Below are positions 11,092 through 24,712 of a stretch of 64,000 bases of DNA, piece by piece; the stretch's first letter is position 1, and each line of letters opens with the position of its first letter. The position numbers were made by a program, and so were the translations under genes. The DNA comes from Felis catus. Lineage: Eukaryota. The stretch covers positions 111,290,001-111,354,000 of the forward strand of contig NC_058371.1 of assembly GCF_018350175.1 (NCBI RefSeq), given 5' to 3'. The notes under the pieces are model-generated. The model was not told the origin of the DNA, searched no databases, and worked only from the letters and a program-made list of their open reading frames with translations.

Positions 11092-14000
11092 TATTTTAAT
11101 CTTGTGTCAGATTTGTTCTAAAGAGCTGAGGTCTGGAACAGCTGTTGTCTTTACTTTTTTTTTTTTTTAAAGAGATTTGTATACTTCTCCTACATTGTAA
11201 TGCAACAATCCCTTAATTGTCTACATGAGGAGTATATTTAATATTTCGTGCCAGATATGATTACTGTTGTCAAGCATCAGAATAATCTTGTTTTACTTAT
11301 GTAATCTGTATATGGAAATATCTTCATGGAAGCCATTACAGTATGTTCATAAAACTTCATTTGAAATTTTAATGGTCGAAATTTGTAGTCAGTGGTGGAC
11401 TTGTATGCTTAACTGTATAAATATTTAATATTGGTTGCCTAAATCACTCTATGTTGCTCTCTTTGGTATGAAGAGTAGTACGTTGGAGGGCCCATTTCTT
11501 TTCTTTTACACCCTCCTTCCAGGGTGATTTTATTTTAGTTGGTTGGCTTAATGAATAAATATGGTAATTTTTGGACATGTGAGATCTGAAATCAGGTCTG
11601 TCTGAGGATGTGTCTCATTTTTTGAGATAGGAAGTCAAATTACTTGCCTAGGGCTTTAGAGATTAAAAAAAAAAAGTCCGGATTTAGAGATATATTGAAT
11701 TTGTTTGCTCCATACAATTCCTTCCAGGTTCTTTTGTATTCTCACTATCTCTGACTTTAGTGATAGTGGGGGAAGGAGAAATGGAGAAAGAAATGAATAC
11801 TTTTTACCAGGGAAAAAAGGAATATCTGGCTTAAGTAATCCCTAATTTGCTTCAGTTGCAAATTTATAAGTCTATCTAAGAGCTTAAACTCTAATAAGGA
11901 GTTTGAGAAATTGGAAAATGAAAGAAATATATAATAATTACATTGCTTCTAAAATTAGAAAATGAAAAATAGAATGTAAAGAGTCTTTTCTCCTTTAGCT
12001 CTCCTTTAGATTAATCTCAGGGGATAACTTCTGGAGCTAATGGTCTTCCATTGGTAGGTCCTCATGCATAGACATGTCTGAACATTACCCTAATCTGTGA
12101 AGAAATATTACAGTGTTAGAGGGAAAGTTGTGAAATTTTGTGTCTTATTCAATGGATTTACTGAATCTAACATCTTCTGTGCTAAAACAGAACAAATAAG
12201 AAGATAATAAGCAAGGGAGGAACTGTTTAGGTAAAGTGGGAATAGACACCTTTATAACTGAACGTGGCATATTATGAATGGCCTGAAGATGGAGCTCTTT
12301 GCAAAGTTTTCATGTAGAGTATGAAGACAGCATCTGGATATTTGTGTGTTTATAGCCTTCTAAAACTTACCTTTTTCCTTAGACTTTGTTTCATGATCTG
12401 CTTGGAATATAAGCTTAGACACCGTGTTTTTAAAAAGCCAAAGAATTAAGGAAAAATTATACAAAAGCTATAATCTTGGGATCATATTTCTGCAGATGGT
12501 AGCCTAATTTATATCTTAAAAGAACCCTTAACAGTTGTCCTTATTTTGTTTTCCTGTAACTCCTCCATGGCCTCATTTTTGGTCATAGCGATCATAGTTC
12601 ATTATGTAATGTTCATGGTGGACATCCTACGTTAATTGTGCTTGATACCTCTTTTTCCATGGCTATCATGTTTATCTTTTCTATTTATTTTTCCTTTCAG
12701 ATATGAAATACCACATGCAGAAAAAAAACCCACATATCTTTCAGATATATGTTAGCAATATTTTAGAGCTGTTTTGTGATCCAAAGGAAATATTTTCTGT
12801 AGCAATCTGTTATCTAGTTTTATTTTTAAAATGAATGAGTGCCCATATTCCCTCTCTTAACCTCTCCCTTCATATATTTATTGAGAGGAATTTACTGTTA
12901 CTCATTTTTCTTAGTACATAGTTGCTAAATCTTTTTGATGTTTTATATTTCCTCATTTTTCACATTTATGCATGTATGCTTTATAGCCCTAGGATTATTT
13001 TAGGAATGGAGTTTTATTTATGTAATATTTTAGGATGGATAGGGACACATTCACTTTTTAAAATCTTGCTTATTTAGGATTCAGTGTGAAGTCTTTATGA
13101 GGAAAACATTTTTAATATTTTCTCTATTTCCCTGTGTTTTAGTCAAGCTTCACACTGAGCATTGCCTGAGATAACTCAATTAATTATAATTGTGTCTGGT
13201 GAACGAAGGCAATTATTTTTAATTCTAAAATTTTAGGTCACAAGGTTTAAAGTCCTTCTAAACCACAGCTGAGATAGTCTCCAATGTGTATAAGACACAT
13301 CCTGTTATATCAATTCCTTAATTCATTGTTACATGATGGTTTAATTAAGATGTTAATCAAGTTTCAGAGATGATATGGTAAGAATTAATCTTGTCAACCT
13401 TTCTTTTTATGAACAAGTTGCTTGCTCATTTTTTTTTTTAATTTAAGTTATAAAGAGCACTACATAAATACTGGAAAATATCGTCTTTACTCCGTTTAAA
13501 TATAAATCAAAATCCTAAAGCTTTACTGTCTCAAAACAAAAATTAAAATGTATGCAAATCTCAGGTGGTATATTTTGGTGTAGTTAATAACCAATATTTT
13601 GCTATATTTGTTTATATGTTTTTAACTACACACACATATGTATACATATATTATGGATGAAGTTTGGTCAGATATTGGGGTGGCTTAAAAAATTAAAGAA
13701 CAATGAATGTCTGATTATAGTGTACTGAAAAAATGTTAAAAATACCTACAAATGGTAGTAACTAGTTTGTTTTTCTTTTTTTAAATAAATGAAAAACAAA
13801 TGGTTACAGTTGTATAATAAGTATTTTGAAATATGGAATTTTTGTAGGTTGATGCAGAGTATTGAACAGCCATTTAAAAATTATAATAATTATTGGTCTT
13901 TTATTATATAGAAACGTCACTAGATTAATAGTTTTCTTTGTATTGAGCTGGATCTTTAGGGAAGATCTACTCACCGCCTTTTCTAGAAAAAGATGCAGTT

Positions 14001-14149
14001 GTACTAAACTCTGATGGCCTTCCTTATACTAGTACTTTCACATAATATGCTAACCTGGCATTAACAATTTAAATCCAGATTGTGTTCATTTGTTTTAATT
14101 TGAATGTGACAGGCAGGAGCTGTGGACCTCTGTAAGTAAACTCCCTCTT

Positions 14150-14415
14150 TCTTCTAGCAGGAACCCTTGTAGGAAGCCTTGCTGAACTTCCAATATCTCC
14201 CCATCCCTAGCCATTCTGGACCAGGCACTTCTCAATTGCTCCTACGGTACCCTGTGCTTAACTCTTCCATAACACATGTAGCACTGTATTGTCATTACCT
14301 GTTTATTTCTCTCTTCCCTTTCTCCTAATAGATTAAGAACAAGAATATGTCTTATATTATTACAAAGATTAACGCAGTGAATAGATATTTTGGCATGCAA
14401 TAATTATTAATGAAC
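14150..14415 (+). mobile_element. L2 3' end
   Basis: aggaagccttgctga..gtaccctgtgctta..agcactgtattgtcattacctgttt resembles the L2 3' UTR. Confidence 0.65.
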
Positions 14416-16047
14416 ACATCAGGATTTTATAGTATCTGGCTGCATGCACGTGGTCTTCTTCAAAACAACAAGCCCACTAATGGTATAGTTATTCTTGCAA
14501 CTACCATTTCTATACACTCCCATTTACATATGTAAATTTAGAAACTTGAGTCTTTTTTTCCCTCTGAAACTAGTCATAGTATCAGTTTGAAAGTTTTTTA
14601 TTGGTAATTTGGCTTTCAACAACTTGAAATGAATAGTTATTTTCTTCCATGGTGATATACTTTTATATTTCTTTGATATTCCTTTTAGAATATGATTTAA
14701 CAAATTATAAATGTTTTAAAAAGGTCAATAACTTGTATTAATTTGTCAAGTTAATATTGTCATGAGTGATTATTTCTATATGAGATTTGGAGGGATACAA
14801 TGGGTGGCATTGGGATAATAGTCTATGAATGAATGGAAATATACTGTAAAACTGTCCATTTGGTTTTATGCTTTAAGTAATGTGGATTGGTTTCTCAGCA
14901 CTGTAATGAAATCATCTGAAATCCATTAAAATCTACTTGGAGCCCATGAAATTCAGAAGACAGAGAAATCATTTAATCCCTCTATGGCATAATGGAACAA
15001 AATAAAATCTTACATGGTACCAGTGATTAAAATCCCAGCTCAGTAGTCTTCTCAGTCATTTGGTCTCTTCTTCGTTTACTCCTACCTTTGTAGATGAGAC
15101 CCTTGAGATTTCGGTTTAATTCTCACCAGCTTTAACATGATCCCAGATGCCACGGAAGAATGCCCCATCCATTGCTAAATTGATTTTTCTCTTAGTCACT
15201 TATTTGCAAGTTTAAGAGATTATCCAAGGAATTTAGAAAGGTGTTTTTCCCTCCCCCCCCCCTCAAAATCTGCTATTCAAGAGCCTTATGAACATCTTAA
15301 ATTACTTCCTTTACCACCTTGCCACATCCTCTTCCAAACCTTTTTTGTCTTGAGTTCTGCGGTCAGTTATCCTGTTTGGGACTGATGAATAAGAACTATT
15401 CATAGATCTCTCAGCAACCCAGCAGATTAAGAGTCTCTTTGGGTATTTCCAGTGCTGAAAATTAGACCGCATAAAATAATACTTAACTGAAATTTTTTGA
15501 ATAAAAATTTATATATATGATAAATATGATATGATATAGACACCCAGAAAGCTATGATGTCTTTGAACATTGTATTTTCTCTTTTGAAAAAATGTTAAAA
15601 GCAAAATTTACTTTATTTTGGTATGATTTAGGTTAACATTGGAGGAAGCAACTTTAGGAAAGCATGAACTACAAAGATGCAAACTAAAAAAGATTGACTT
15701 AGGTATTGTTATGTAGAAAAAAGGTTGGTAAGGAGCAGTGACTATAATTAGAATTTAAGTGAACACTCTTGTTACTAAAATGATGTATACACATTTTTAC
15801 AGGAAAAGAGGGTTGGATTTTTTAAATAATCTAAATCAGAGTTAACTCACGGTGGATTGTGGTCAGCCAAAGAAAAACAGCACAACTAATTAAACAAAAC
15901 AGGAAATCAATGAAATGCTTTAACTCTTTGGGTTCTTTGAATGTTATGGTGTGAGGAGAGACTGTTTGGTAAGTGGAGCATGGTGCTGTTGATGGCAAAT
16001 TGAGGCAATTTTGAGCACTTTAGATACTGATGGTATCTAAAGAATAT

Positions 16048-16400
16048 GAATCTTAAATAGGCTCAATGCTGGGGCGCCTGGGTGGCTTGGTCGGTTAAGC
16101 GTCGGACTTCGGCTCAGGTCACGATCTCATGGTCCGTGAGTTCAAGCCCCGTGTTGGGCTCTGTGCTGACAGCTCAGAGCCTGGAGCCTGTTTCAGATTC
16201 TGTGTCTCCCTCTCTCTCTGCCCCTCCCCTATTCGTGCTCTGTCTCTCTCTGTCTCAAAAATAAATAAACGTTAAATTTTTTTTTTTTTTTAAATAGGCT
16301 CAATGCTTAATGCAGAGACCGACATGGGGCTTGGTCCCATGACCAAGCTGAGCCAAAATCAAGAGTCAGACCCTCAACTGACTGAGCTACCCAGGTGCCC
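16048..16400 (-). mobile_element. Older antisense Can-SINE, split by a younger SINE
   Basis: gaatcttaaataggctcaatgct (16048-16070) continues as taatgcagagaccgacatggggcttg..gagccaaaatcaagagtcagac..ctgagctacccaggtgccc (16308-16400). Confidence 0.85.
16071..16290 (+). mobile_element. Can-SINE (SINEC_Fc type), nested
   Basis: Full head and body; tail is mostly T; perfect TSD taaataggctcaatgct at 16054-16070 and 16291-16307. Confidence 0.97.
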
Positions 16401-16409
16401 AAACACTGG

Positions 16410-17350
16410 TTTTTTTAAGAGCAGTTTTAAGTTCACAACAAAATTGAGAGGAAGGTACAGTGATTTCCCATGTACTCCTGTTCCCACATTTGCATAGCCT
16501 CCCCCACCATTAAAATCTCCCACCAGGAGGGTACATTTGTTACAACTGATAAACCTACACTGATGCATCATTATGACTCAGTCTATACTCAGTCTATAAT
16601 TTACATTAGTGTTCACTCTTCACCATACATTCTATGGGTTTGGACAAATGTATAACGGCATGTATCCATCATTATACTACTATACAGAGTGTTTTCATTA
16701 TCCTAAAAATCCTCTGTCCTCTTCCTATTCATCCCTCTCTTGCCCCAACCCTTGGCAACCATTGATCTTTTTACTGTAAATGTAGTTCTCCTTTTCCAGA
16801 ATGGCGTATAGTTGGAATCATATAGTATATGGCCTTTTCAGATTGACTTCTCTGACTTAGCAATAGGCACTTAAATTTCCTCTGTGNNNNNNNNNNNNNN
16901 NNNNNNNNNNNNNNNNNNNNNNNNNNNNNNNNNNNNNNNNNNNNNNNNNNNNNNNNNNNNNNNNNNNNNNNNNNNNNNNNNNNNNNNNNNNNNNNNNNNN
17001 NNNNNNNNNNNNNNNNNNNNNNNNNNNNNNNNNNNNNNNNNNNCTTGTGTGGACACAGGTGTTCAACTCCTTTGGGTAAATATCAGTGAATTTGATTAAT
17101 GGATTACCTGGTAAGATCGTGTTTAATTTTGTAAGAAACTGCCAAACTGTCTTTCAGAGTGGCTGCACCATTTTCTATTTCCACCAGCGATGAATGAGCG
17201 TTCCTGTTGCTCCACATCCTCGCCAGCATTTGGTGTTGTCAGTGTTCTGGATCTTAACTATTGTAATAGGTGTGTGGAGGTATTTCATTTTTTTTTTTAT
17301 TGGCATTTCTTGGATGACATAAGATGTGGAGCAACTTTTTTGTATGCTTA
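16410..17350 (-). mobile_element. Old L1 3' end (L1MC1/2-like), containing N run 16887-17043
   Basis: agagcagttttaagttcacaacaaaattgagaggaaggtacag..aagaaactgccaaactgtctttcagagtggctgcaccatttt is antisense L1M 3' region. Confidence 0.9.
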
Positions 17351-18234
17351 TCACAAATTCTTAGTTGCTCCAATGAAATAGAAATAAACTCTGACAAGTA
17401 CTTCAGAAAGAGTTCATTTATACCAGTTATTGTTTATTCACCATCTTACAGGTGTTAACAACTAAATACATGTGATAAGCATTTGAGATATACAGACATC
17501 TTTTTGAAGTCAGTCAGAGAATTCTTTTCTTTTTGTTTTGGTTGGTACATATCTCTGAAATTATAATGAGAATAATGAAAAGCATTCCATTAGATACCCA
17601 AATGTTATTTTATATGTGCTAAAAGCTACTTATATGAAGCTGTCTATACAAAGCTTTGGAATTTAGCTTTCTATTTTATATTTTACATGTATAGATATGT
17701 GATAAAATAATAGCAATTTAGAAGTACTATGGACTTAAGTTTATCTTTCTAGAAGAACTCTTTATCAACCCAGATAGAGAGCACAGCACCTTAACGGAAG
17801 ATAATCCATTCCATTCTTTCTCATCTTAATTATTAAAACAATTAGTCTAATATTGAGTTACAAGTGGCTTTGCTGTATCTTATTCCTCTTCTGTAGCATT
17901 GGAATCCACATTTAAAGGCTTATTGTGTCCCATCTCCTAACTCCTTTAATGATACATGCTTGATTAATTTATAGGCTTCGGTGCCATCTTTTCCCCTTCT
18001 GAGTCCATTTCATCAAAATTTCTTAGGACTTGTGATGATGAGGACAGAATAAACCAGGATCACTCATCCCTTGTCTGTACTTTATCTGTACCAACATAAC
18101 TGGAGATTGCATTAGGCTTTGAAACTACCTCACCCTTCTGGATCATAGTAAACCTACTATAAATTCCAGTTATTAGGATGTTTTTTAATTGGTTGTTCTG
18201 TTCCTGGACTTTGAATATTGACGTGTAGAATTCA

Positions 18235-18360
18235 AATAATTAATCAATAAATAAATGTTTATTAAGCACCTATTAAATGGCAGATTCTGCATAATGTTCT
18301 GAGGATATACAATGGTATATAAACAGCCCTTGCTCTCACAGAGCTTAGATTCTCAGAGAA
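18235..18360 (-). mobile_element. L2 3' end fragment
   Basis: aataaatgtttattaagcacctat..cagcccttgctctcacagagcttagattct. Confidence 0.65.
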
Positions 18361-18655
18361 GAGCACCACTATAAGGAATGAGCATGGAATTAATGCTACT
18401 TAGTTCAATGATTAGAAGTAAAGTGGGGAGGCATCCATGGTTTACAAAAATAATTCCATGTTACCTCTTTTCTGGCTACATTTTTTTTTCTCAAAATATC
18501 AGTTTCTTTCAGAAATCCCTTATTAATTAATTTATATTGTAACATAGTAAAATTTCATTCAATTGGAGCATAGTTTATTCAATGCATTATTATTTTTATT
18601 ATCAATACTTTGCACAAGATACTGTTGTAAATATTTAAATATGAATTATGTTTTC

Positions 18656-18860
18656 GGGGCACCTGGGTAGCTCAGTCGGTTGAGCATCCGACTTCAGCTT
18701 AGGTCATGATCTCATGGCTCGTGAGTTTGGGCCTGCGGTGGGCTCTGTGCTGACAGCTCAGAGCCTGGAGCCTGCTTCGGATTCTGTGTCTCCCTCTCTT
18801 TCTGCCCGTCCCCAGCTCTCACTCTGTCTCTCTCTGTCTCTCAAAAATAAATAAACATTA

Positions 18861-18912
<52 letters not shown>

Positions 18913-18916
18913 AAAA
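18656..18916 (+). mobile_element. Can-SINE with (AAAT)n tail
   Basis: Full-length; 20-bp TSD taaatatgaatta[t/c]gttttc at 18636-18655 and 18917-18936. Confidence 0.97.
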
Positions 18917-19683
18917 TAAATATGAATTACGTTTTCAAACTGTGTAAAGAAACATTTCAGCATGCCCAGTGGCTTCATGTACTTCTTTTAGGTTCTTCAC
19001 TGTCCTTTTCTCTAATTCTTCATTTATTTTCACTTTATAGTGATTTTTTTCTAGAAAAAAAATCACTAAACCGAAATGTTAGATAAATATTTATTATTAT
19101 TTTTTTGGTTTATTTACTTAGGTGATAATGAGAGTTTGAAGACTATAAAAAGAATAAACTAGGGGGATGACAAGACAAACAAAAAATCCTTTGTGGAAGG
19201 AAAATATTTGACTTATAGAATCTGGAAACATTTTTACCCCTGCATTAGCATGTCCTTCCAGAACAAAACAAAACAAAACAAAACAGGAATGGAACAAGTT
19301 TGATGTGTTATATATGTTTACGTTGTCACTGAAGGGGTTTGTTGGGTATTTATATGTCCATAGATTCTACAAATAAAAATAAAAGATGTGTCTAAATAAA
19401 TCTGAATAGTATTAAGTGACTAGTTATGGTATCAAACTAATGAGAACCATAATCCATCTGAATTTATTATAAGGTCCCAATGTTTGCATAAAGTGTTAAA
19501 ATATGTTTGAAACTGAATGCAATTAGTGATATTTGATTTATTTTGGAGATTAATACATTGCAATGAAATGCAACTATGATTTTGCAAAAAAATACTGGCC
19601 TAGCTGGCCTTTAAAATGCATGTAGGATAGTGCATAGCCATTAATTCTTTCCTGTATTATTGAAATAGAGAAGAAAGGATAGC

Positions 19684-19825
19684 TAGCGGTGACCCTATAT
19701 CCTAGATGTGCTGGAATGTCCTGGTTTACACCTGTTGTAGATTAGTCAATGCCTATTAATTATTTCAGCCCCCCCTTTCATTCTCAATGGTGTCCCTGTT
19801 TGCATAGAAATATGTCCTCACTTTA
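19684..19825 (-). mobile_element. MER94-like hAT-Blackjack MITE
   Basis: ggtgacc TIR remnant, gtcctggtttacacctgttgt..cccccctttcattctcaatggtgtccctgtttg. Confidence 0.75.
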
Positions 19826-20035
19826 ATTAATAGATTCAAGGGTTTAATTTTATCTAGACAACTAAATTAAAGAAAAAAATGATGATTTTTTTTCCCACAG
19901 AAATTTAAACCTAAAGTAAAACATTTTGAAAAAATGGCAAGATCACAAAATCAACCTATAGTTTTCAGAGATATATCCTGACTCGACTAGTAATTGGTTC
20001 CTAGGACAATATGAATATTTCACTTTCAATTTCTT

Positions 20036-20248
20036 TTCTTTAAAAGTCTATATTTGAGAGAGAGAGAGTGAGAGAGTGCATGTGCACATGAGCAGAGGAG
20101 GGGCAGAGATGGATGGAAAGCAAAAATCTCAAGCAGGGTCTGCATTGTCAGTACAGAGCCTGGCACAGGGCTCGATCCCACCAACGGTGAGATCATGACC
20201 TGAGCCAGAATCAAGAGTCCGAGGCTTAACCAAGTAAACTGGTGCCCC
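20036..20248 (-). mobile_element. Can-SINE, older
   Basis: (GA)n, gagatcatgacctgagccagaatcaagag, ggtgcccc end; TSD cacttt[c/t]aatttctt at 20021-20035 and 20249-20263. Confidence 0.93.
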
Positions 20249-20389
20249 CACTTTTAATTTCTTAAGCCAAAATATGTTTTTCAATTTGCTGTGCTCTATA
20301 AAGCTTTGAAGGACCACCTTAGAGCTTCTAAATATGGATTATCAATATTTTCAAAATATTGTTAACAGTCAACTTTTTAATCAGTGTAT

Positions 20390-20512
20390 ACCACGAGCAA
20401 CCACTAAGAATTTTTTATGTGATTTTATTTAATCTTCAAAGCAACAAGATGAGGGTGACTATTAGCCCTATTTTACGGCTGAAGAGATTAAGGCTTAGAG
20501 TGTAAGTGATTT
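20390..20512 (-). mobile_element. MIR fragment
   Basis: tttaatcttcaaagcaac..ctattagccctattttacggctgaagagattaaggcttagag. Confidence 0.7.
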
Positions 20513-21157
20513 GTGTCCTTTCTGTCTTTCACCTTGCTGAAGAATTAAATAAATAGATACATTCTAAATCAGCAATATAACACAGGTACATCTCTGCTTC
20601 TTACCAGTGAACATAATATTAGTATTTGCTTCCTGACTCTCATTAAATGCTTAATTACATCTGAGAGATTATTTTGTTATATGTGGGGATATTGCACACA
20701 GAAGATGTAGTCTGGGCATTACTTGATATATTTTATCTTATTCTGGAATCAAGTCACACCACAGGGCATGCATATATGGATAATATTGCTCTGGAGCATT
20801 AAAAATGTACTTTTTTGAGCTAGGTTCTGTGTTATTCCCTAGGTTTGACTTTAAGGGAAATATGAGAAGGTGATATGTTTTTGTCGTTCATTTGTTTTTG
20901 TTTTTTAGACTACTTTTTGTTCTTTCTCATAATGTCCATCAGAGGAGAAGCCATGGTTTTTGTTGTTGTTGCTACTGGTATACCTTTTATTTTATGGGCA
21001 GTATAAACTTTGTTTCTGATTGTGTTGTTTTCTGTCTTTGGTTCCAGGAAAATCAGAGCCAAACTTATGATTCACATTTTGTATTAGACAAGATTTTCAA
21101 TGCACATTTCTTGGGCTGACTTTAACTCTGACTTTGTTTTCTTTCTCTATCCTTACT

Positions 21158-21338
21158 GTCAAGAGCATGGATCTAGGGTCAGATCGCCTGGATTCAAATC
21201 CCAATCCCAGCCACTCCTGCTCCTCAACTGGGGCAAGTTCTTTAGCCTCTCTTAGTCTCAATGTCTCATCTGTAACAAATGAGGATTGTACTAATAGACT
21301 AATAGACTGGCTTCATAAGGCTGTTACAAGAAATAAAC
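21158..21338 (+). mobile_element. MIR running into N run 21339-21470
   Basis: aagagcatggatctagggtcagatcgcctggattcaaatccc..gggcaagtt..tctcatctgtaa. Confidence 0.85.
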
Positions 21339-22750
21339 NNNNNNNNNNNNNNNNNNNNNNNNNNNNNNNNNNNNNNNNNNNNNNNNNNNNNNNNNNNNNN
21401 NNNNNNNNNNNNNNNNNNNNNNNNNNNNNNNNNNNNNNNNNNNNNNNNNNNNNNNNNNNNNNNNNNNNNNNAATATTTGTGAATCTACTCAACTATTTTT
21501 TGAGATTTGAGGCTTTTAAAGTAAATAAATGTTAAAACGTTGCCTTTTTCTCTATATTTAGCATGAAACAGAAACTTATAAATACTCTCACCAGATTGAA
21601 CTGTTTCTCAAAGTATATGTTATACTGAACCTACAATCACAAAATATAATATAGATTTTGTTTAGTTTATTTTGTTTATTTTCATAAAATATTTACAGAA
21701 TTTAGGCAAAACCAGAGAACTTGAGTGAATGAGTAGCTTTGAATGACATGTAATAGATACCCTGCAAACTTAGAGAAACTGATTACATAAATATAAACTT
21801 CTGATTCTGCTAGGATAGAAAAGAAATCTATTAAATAGGCAAATACGTCTTATAAAAAGAAAACCATGTATCAAATAAATATGGAATTTTTCAGATACTT
21901 AACCTTTTCAAAGACATGAAAATATTTTCTGTTATGTTGTGTAGGAGGAAGAATTTGAGTTTCAACCACAAAATCAAGCATGTTCAGACAACTGAATATG
22001 TGCAGGAGTGGTTGGACAGGCCCCATTTCTGCAACATGTTCATGAAAGATGGGTTAATTAGGTTAATACTCTGGCCTATGAAAAAAAACATTGAGGATAA
22101 TTAGCTCTTGTGGGGACATTGCATCTAACATTTCCTTTTATTTCTTCAAAGTTCTTCCAAGTTATAAAATAAAAAAACATTTTTGTTTGAAGCCTAGAAC
22201 TAGTGTTAAATTACAAGGGATAAAAATTGTTTTCATTTTTAATTTGCCTGAGCTTTATTATGAAGAACATTTGCATTATGCTTACAGATAGTTTTGTTTG
22301 TTTTTGAATTGTTAAGATTTATCCTGGCCTATATTTTTTTCACTTGGCTGACCATTATACCAGAATTATAATTGTCAGCCTCGCTATTCTGGATACCACC
22401 CAGGTCATGGCTTGGACTGTAGGACATGTCAATGGGAAAATCAAGGGGAAGAAATTTTAAGAGAAGAATCCTTCAAAGTGAGGTCTTCAATTTACTGAAA
22501 TATAGAAACAGACGACCAAGTTGCATAATACATGTTTGAGGTCACTTGTTGTAGGGTATGGAAGGAGGAGGGAGTGGATTGGCAGGATTAGAGAGGTAGG
22601 ATCCATCTACCATTATATCAGAGGATAAAATTAGAGTGGATGGAGAAGGGGATTGGAAAGAAAAAAAGTATTTATTACTTCATGTAAATGAGAGACAAGC
22701 TGGGGACTAGTTTGGAATAAGACCAAATCCTCTTCCTAGTAGTCCCAGGT

Positions 22751-22941
22751 CAAAAAGGTTAGCGAGGGAGGGAGCCAAAACATAAGAGACTCTTAAAAAC
22801 TGAGAACAAACTGAGGGTTGATGGAGGGTGGGAGAGAGGGGAGGATGGGTGATGGGTATTGAGGAGGGCACCTGTTGGGATGAGCACTGGGTGTTGTATG
22901 GAAACCAATTTGACAATAAATTGCATATTAAAACAATAAAA
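22751..22941 (+). mobile_element. 5'-truncated felid L1 3' UTR (L1_Fc-like)
   Basis: cataagagactcttaaaaactgagaacaaactgagggttgatgg..ggcacctgttgggatgagcactgggtgttgtatggaaaccaatttgacaataaa. Confidence 0.95.
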
Positions 22942-24712
22942 TCACTACTTTCTCTTAAAAAAAAATCCAATAATCACCCTCTAAGAGTTAATATCTTGGC
23001 TCAGTTAATTCATTCAGAAGTTGCATTCACTGATTTTAAACTAATTAAAGTCATCAATATGGATCTTGTGCATAATCCTGAAATTCCTAGTTTGGTATCT
23101 GCCTGTAGAGTCAAATACATAAATAAGATGCCAGAAATCCAATGTATTTACCTGGGCTACTACACAGTGGGAAGGAAGGAAGAAGACAACTCAAGAATAC
23201 TTGTGATTTCAATGCCTGGATTTAAAAGTGGTGTCACAATGCTGCTTTTCTTCTTCCCCTGAAATACTTTATTTTCTTAGTTATAATGATAAAGGCAAAT
23301 ATTTACTGAGAATTTATTTTTTATTAGGCACCTTAATATCTTGTTTAATCTATGGAAAAATGATGTGATTTACCTTTTCCAATTAACAGATAAGGAAAGA
23401 GAGGGTCAGAGTTATTGCAAGACTTTTTCAGGTACTGCAGCTACTCCATGAAAGGATTTCATAAGATTTTTCATAACTACATTTATGGAACTGGAGATAT
23501 GGAATAGATTGTAATGTAAATCTTATAACTTGACCAAGTGTTTTCTTGAAACTAAATGAGTCTATCAAACCAGTACACACTTGCCTTGTAGGGGTATTTC
23601 ACTTAAGAATGCTTTATAATTCAAATAATTTCAGATAATATAATTGAGATTTTCACATTTAGTTGTTACATTCAAATTTCCAGTAATGACTGAATATTCA
23701 TGGAGGATGGAGACCTAATCTTTGCTTTTACACTTGATGACTATCTTACATAAAAAAAAATCATATCATGGTCCGTACTTGCACACTTATCCGTAAAAAA
23801 TAGGAATGCATGCCTGTGTATTTTACTGTTGCAATTTGAAAAACAAACAAACAAACAATAAACAGAATTGTCTACTCTCTGAAAGATTAAACCAAATAAA
23901 GAAAAACTTTAACACTTTAAAGATGGGTTATCAGAAAATTTCAAGAGGTAATTAAGAGAATAAATGAACCAATGAACCACAGTAAATGTTGAGAATTTTT
24001 ATGTTTATGGAATAGTATAAAAGCAACAGAGCAGGTCTGACCTGGGGATACATATATGTATATTTTGGTCCATGGATGATTACTCATTTTAATTATCCAT
24101 TATTTTCTTAATATTTAGGAAATATCAATGTGGTCTTCTGCAATCTTTCCCAAATGAGTTATAAAACATATATTTGAAGAATGAAAAAAGGTTATTTGAA
24201 GGGAGATTAAACTTTAGTAGTGACTTGCCTTTCCATAAAGTTTTGATAACATATTTTAGAGAATGTTTTTCTCTTAGTTCAAATTTTGGTTCTGATGGTA
24301 TTGTGTATCACAAATTATTGAATAATACAAAAAATAGTTTTCCCCCCCAAAATACTTTTGCAAACAGCGCATAGCTTAATAAGTTAAAATTGTCTTCTCA
24401 GTGGGTCCTTATTCAGTGTCTGATATTCTGTTTGTGAACTAAGCAGTTTTGTCACTTTTCTTTTATCTCCTGTGATCTCTTTGGGATACATTTCACTGAC
24501 TATCCATTGATGTAATAAATTTAAGCCATTGTGGTCAATAAGGCAGTAAATAATACCTGTTGATTTTGATATTAGATGGCATGGGACGTAGAAAGTAAGT
24601 TTTTAAGGCAATAAGTGAATGAACATAAAGTTGAAGGGAGAATTATCAGTAATCAGTATATATTCTTGAAGTGGTAGTAAACATAAATTTGCTTGCACAA
24701 TTTATTATGGAT

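Noticed and set aside
22828-23262. 144-aa ORF
   Set aside because: Starts in an L1 3' UTR and reads through its A-rich tail into flank; no protein features.
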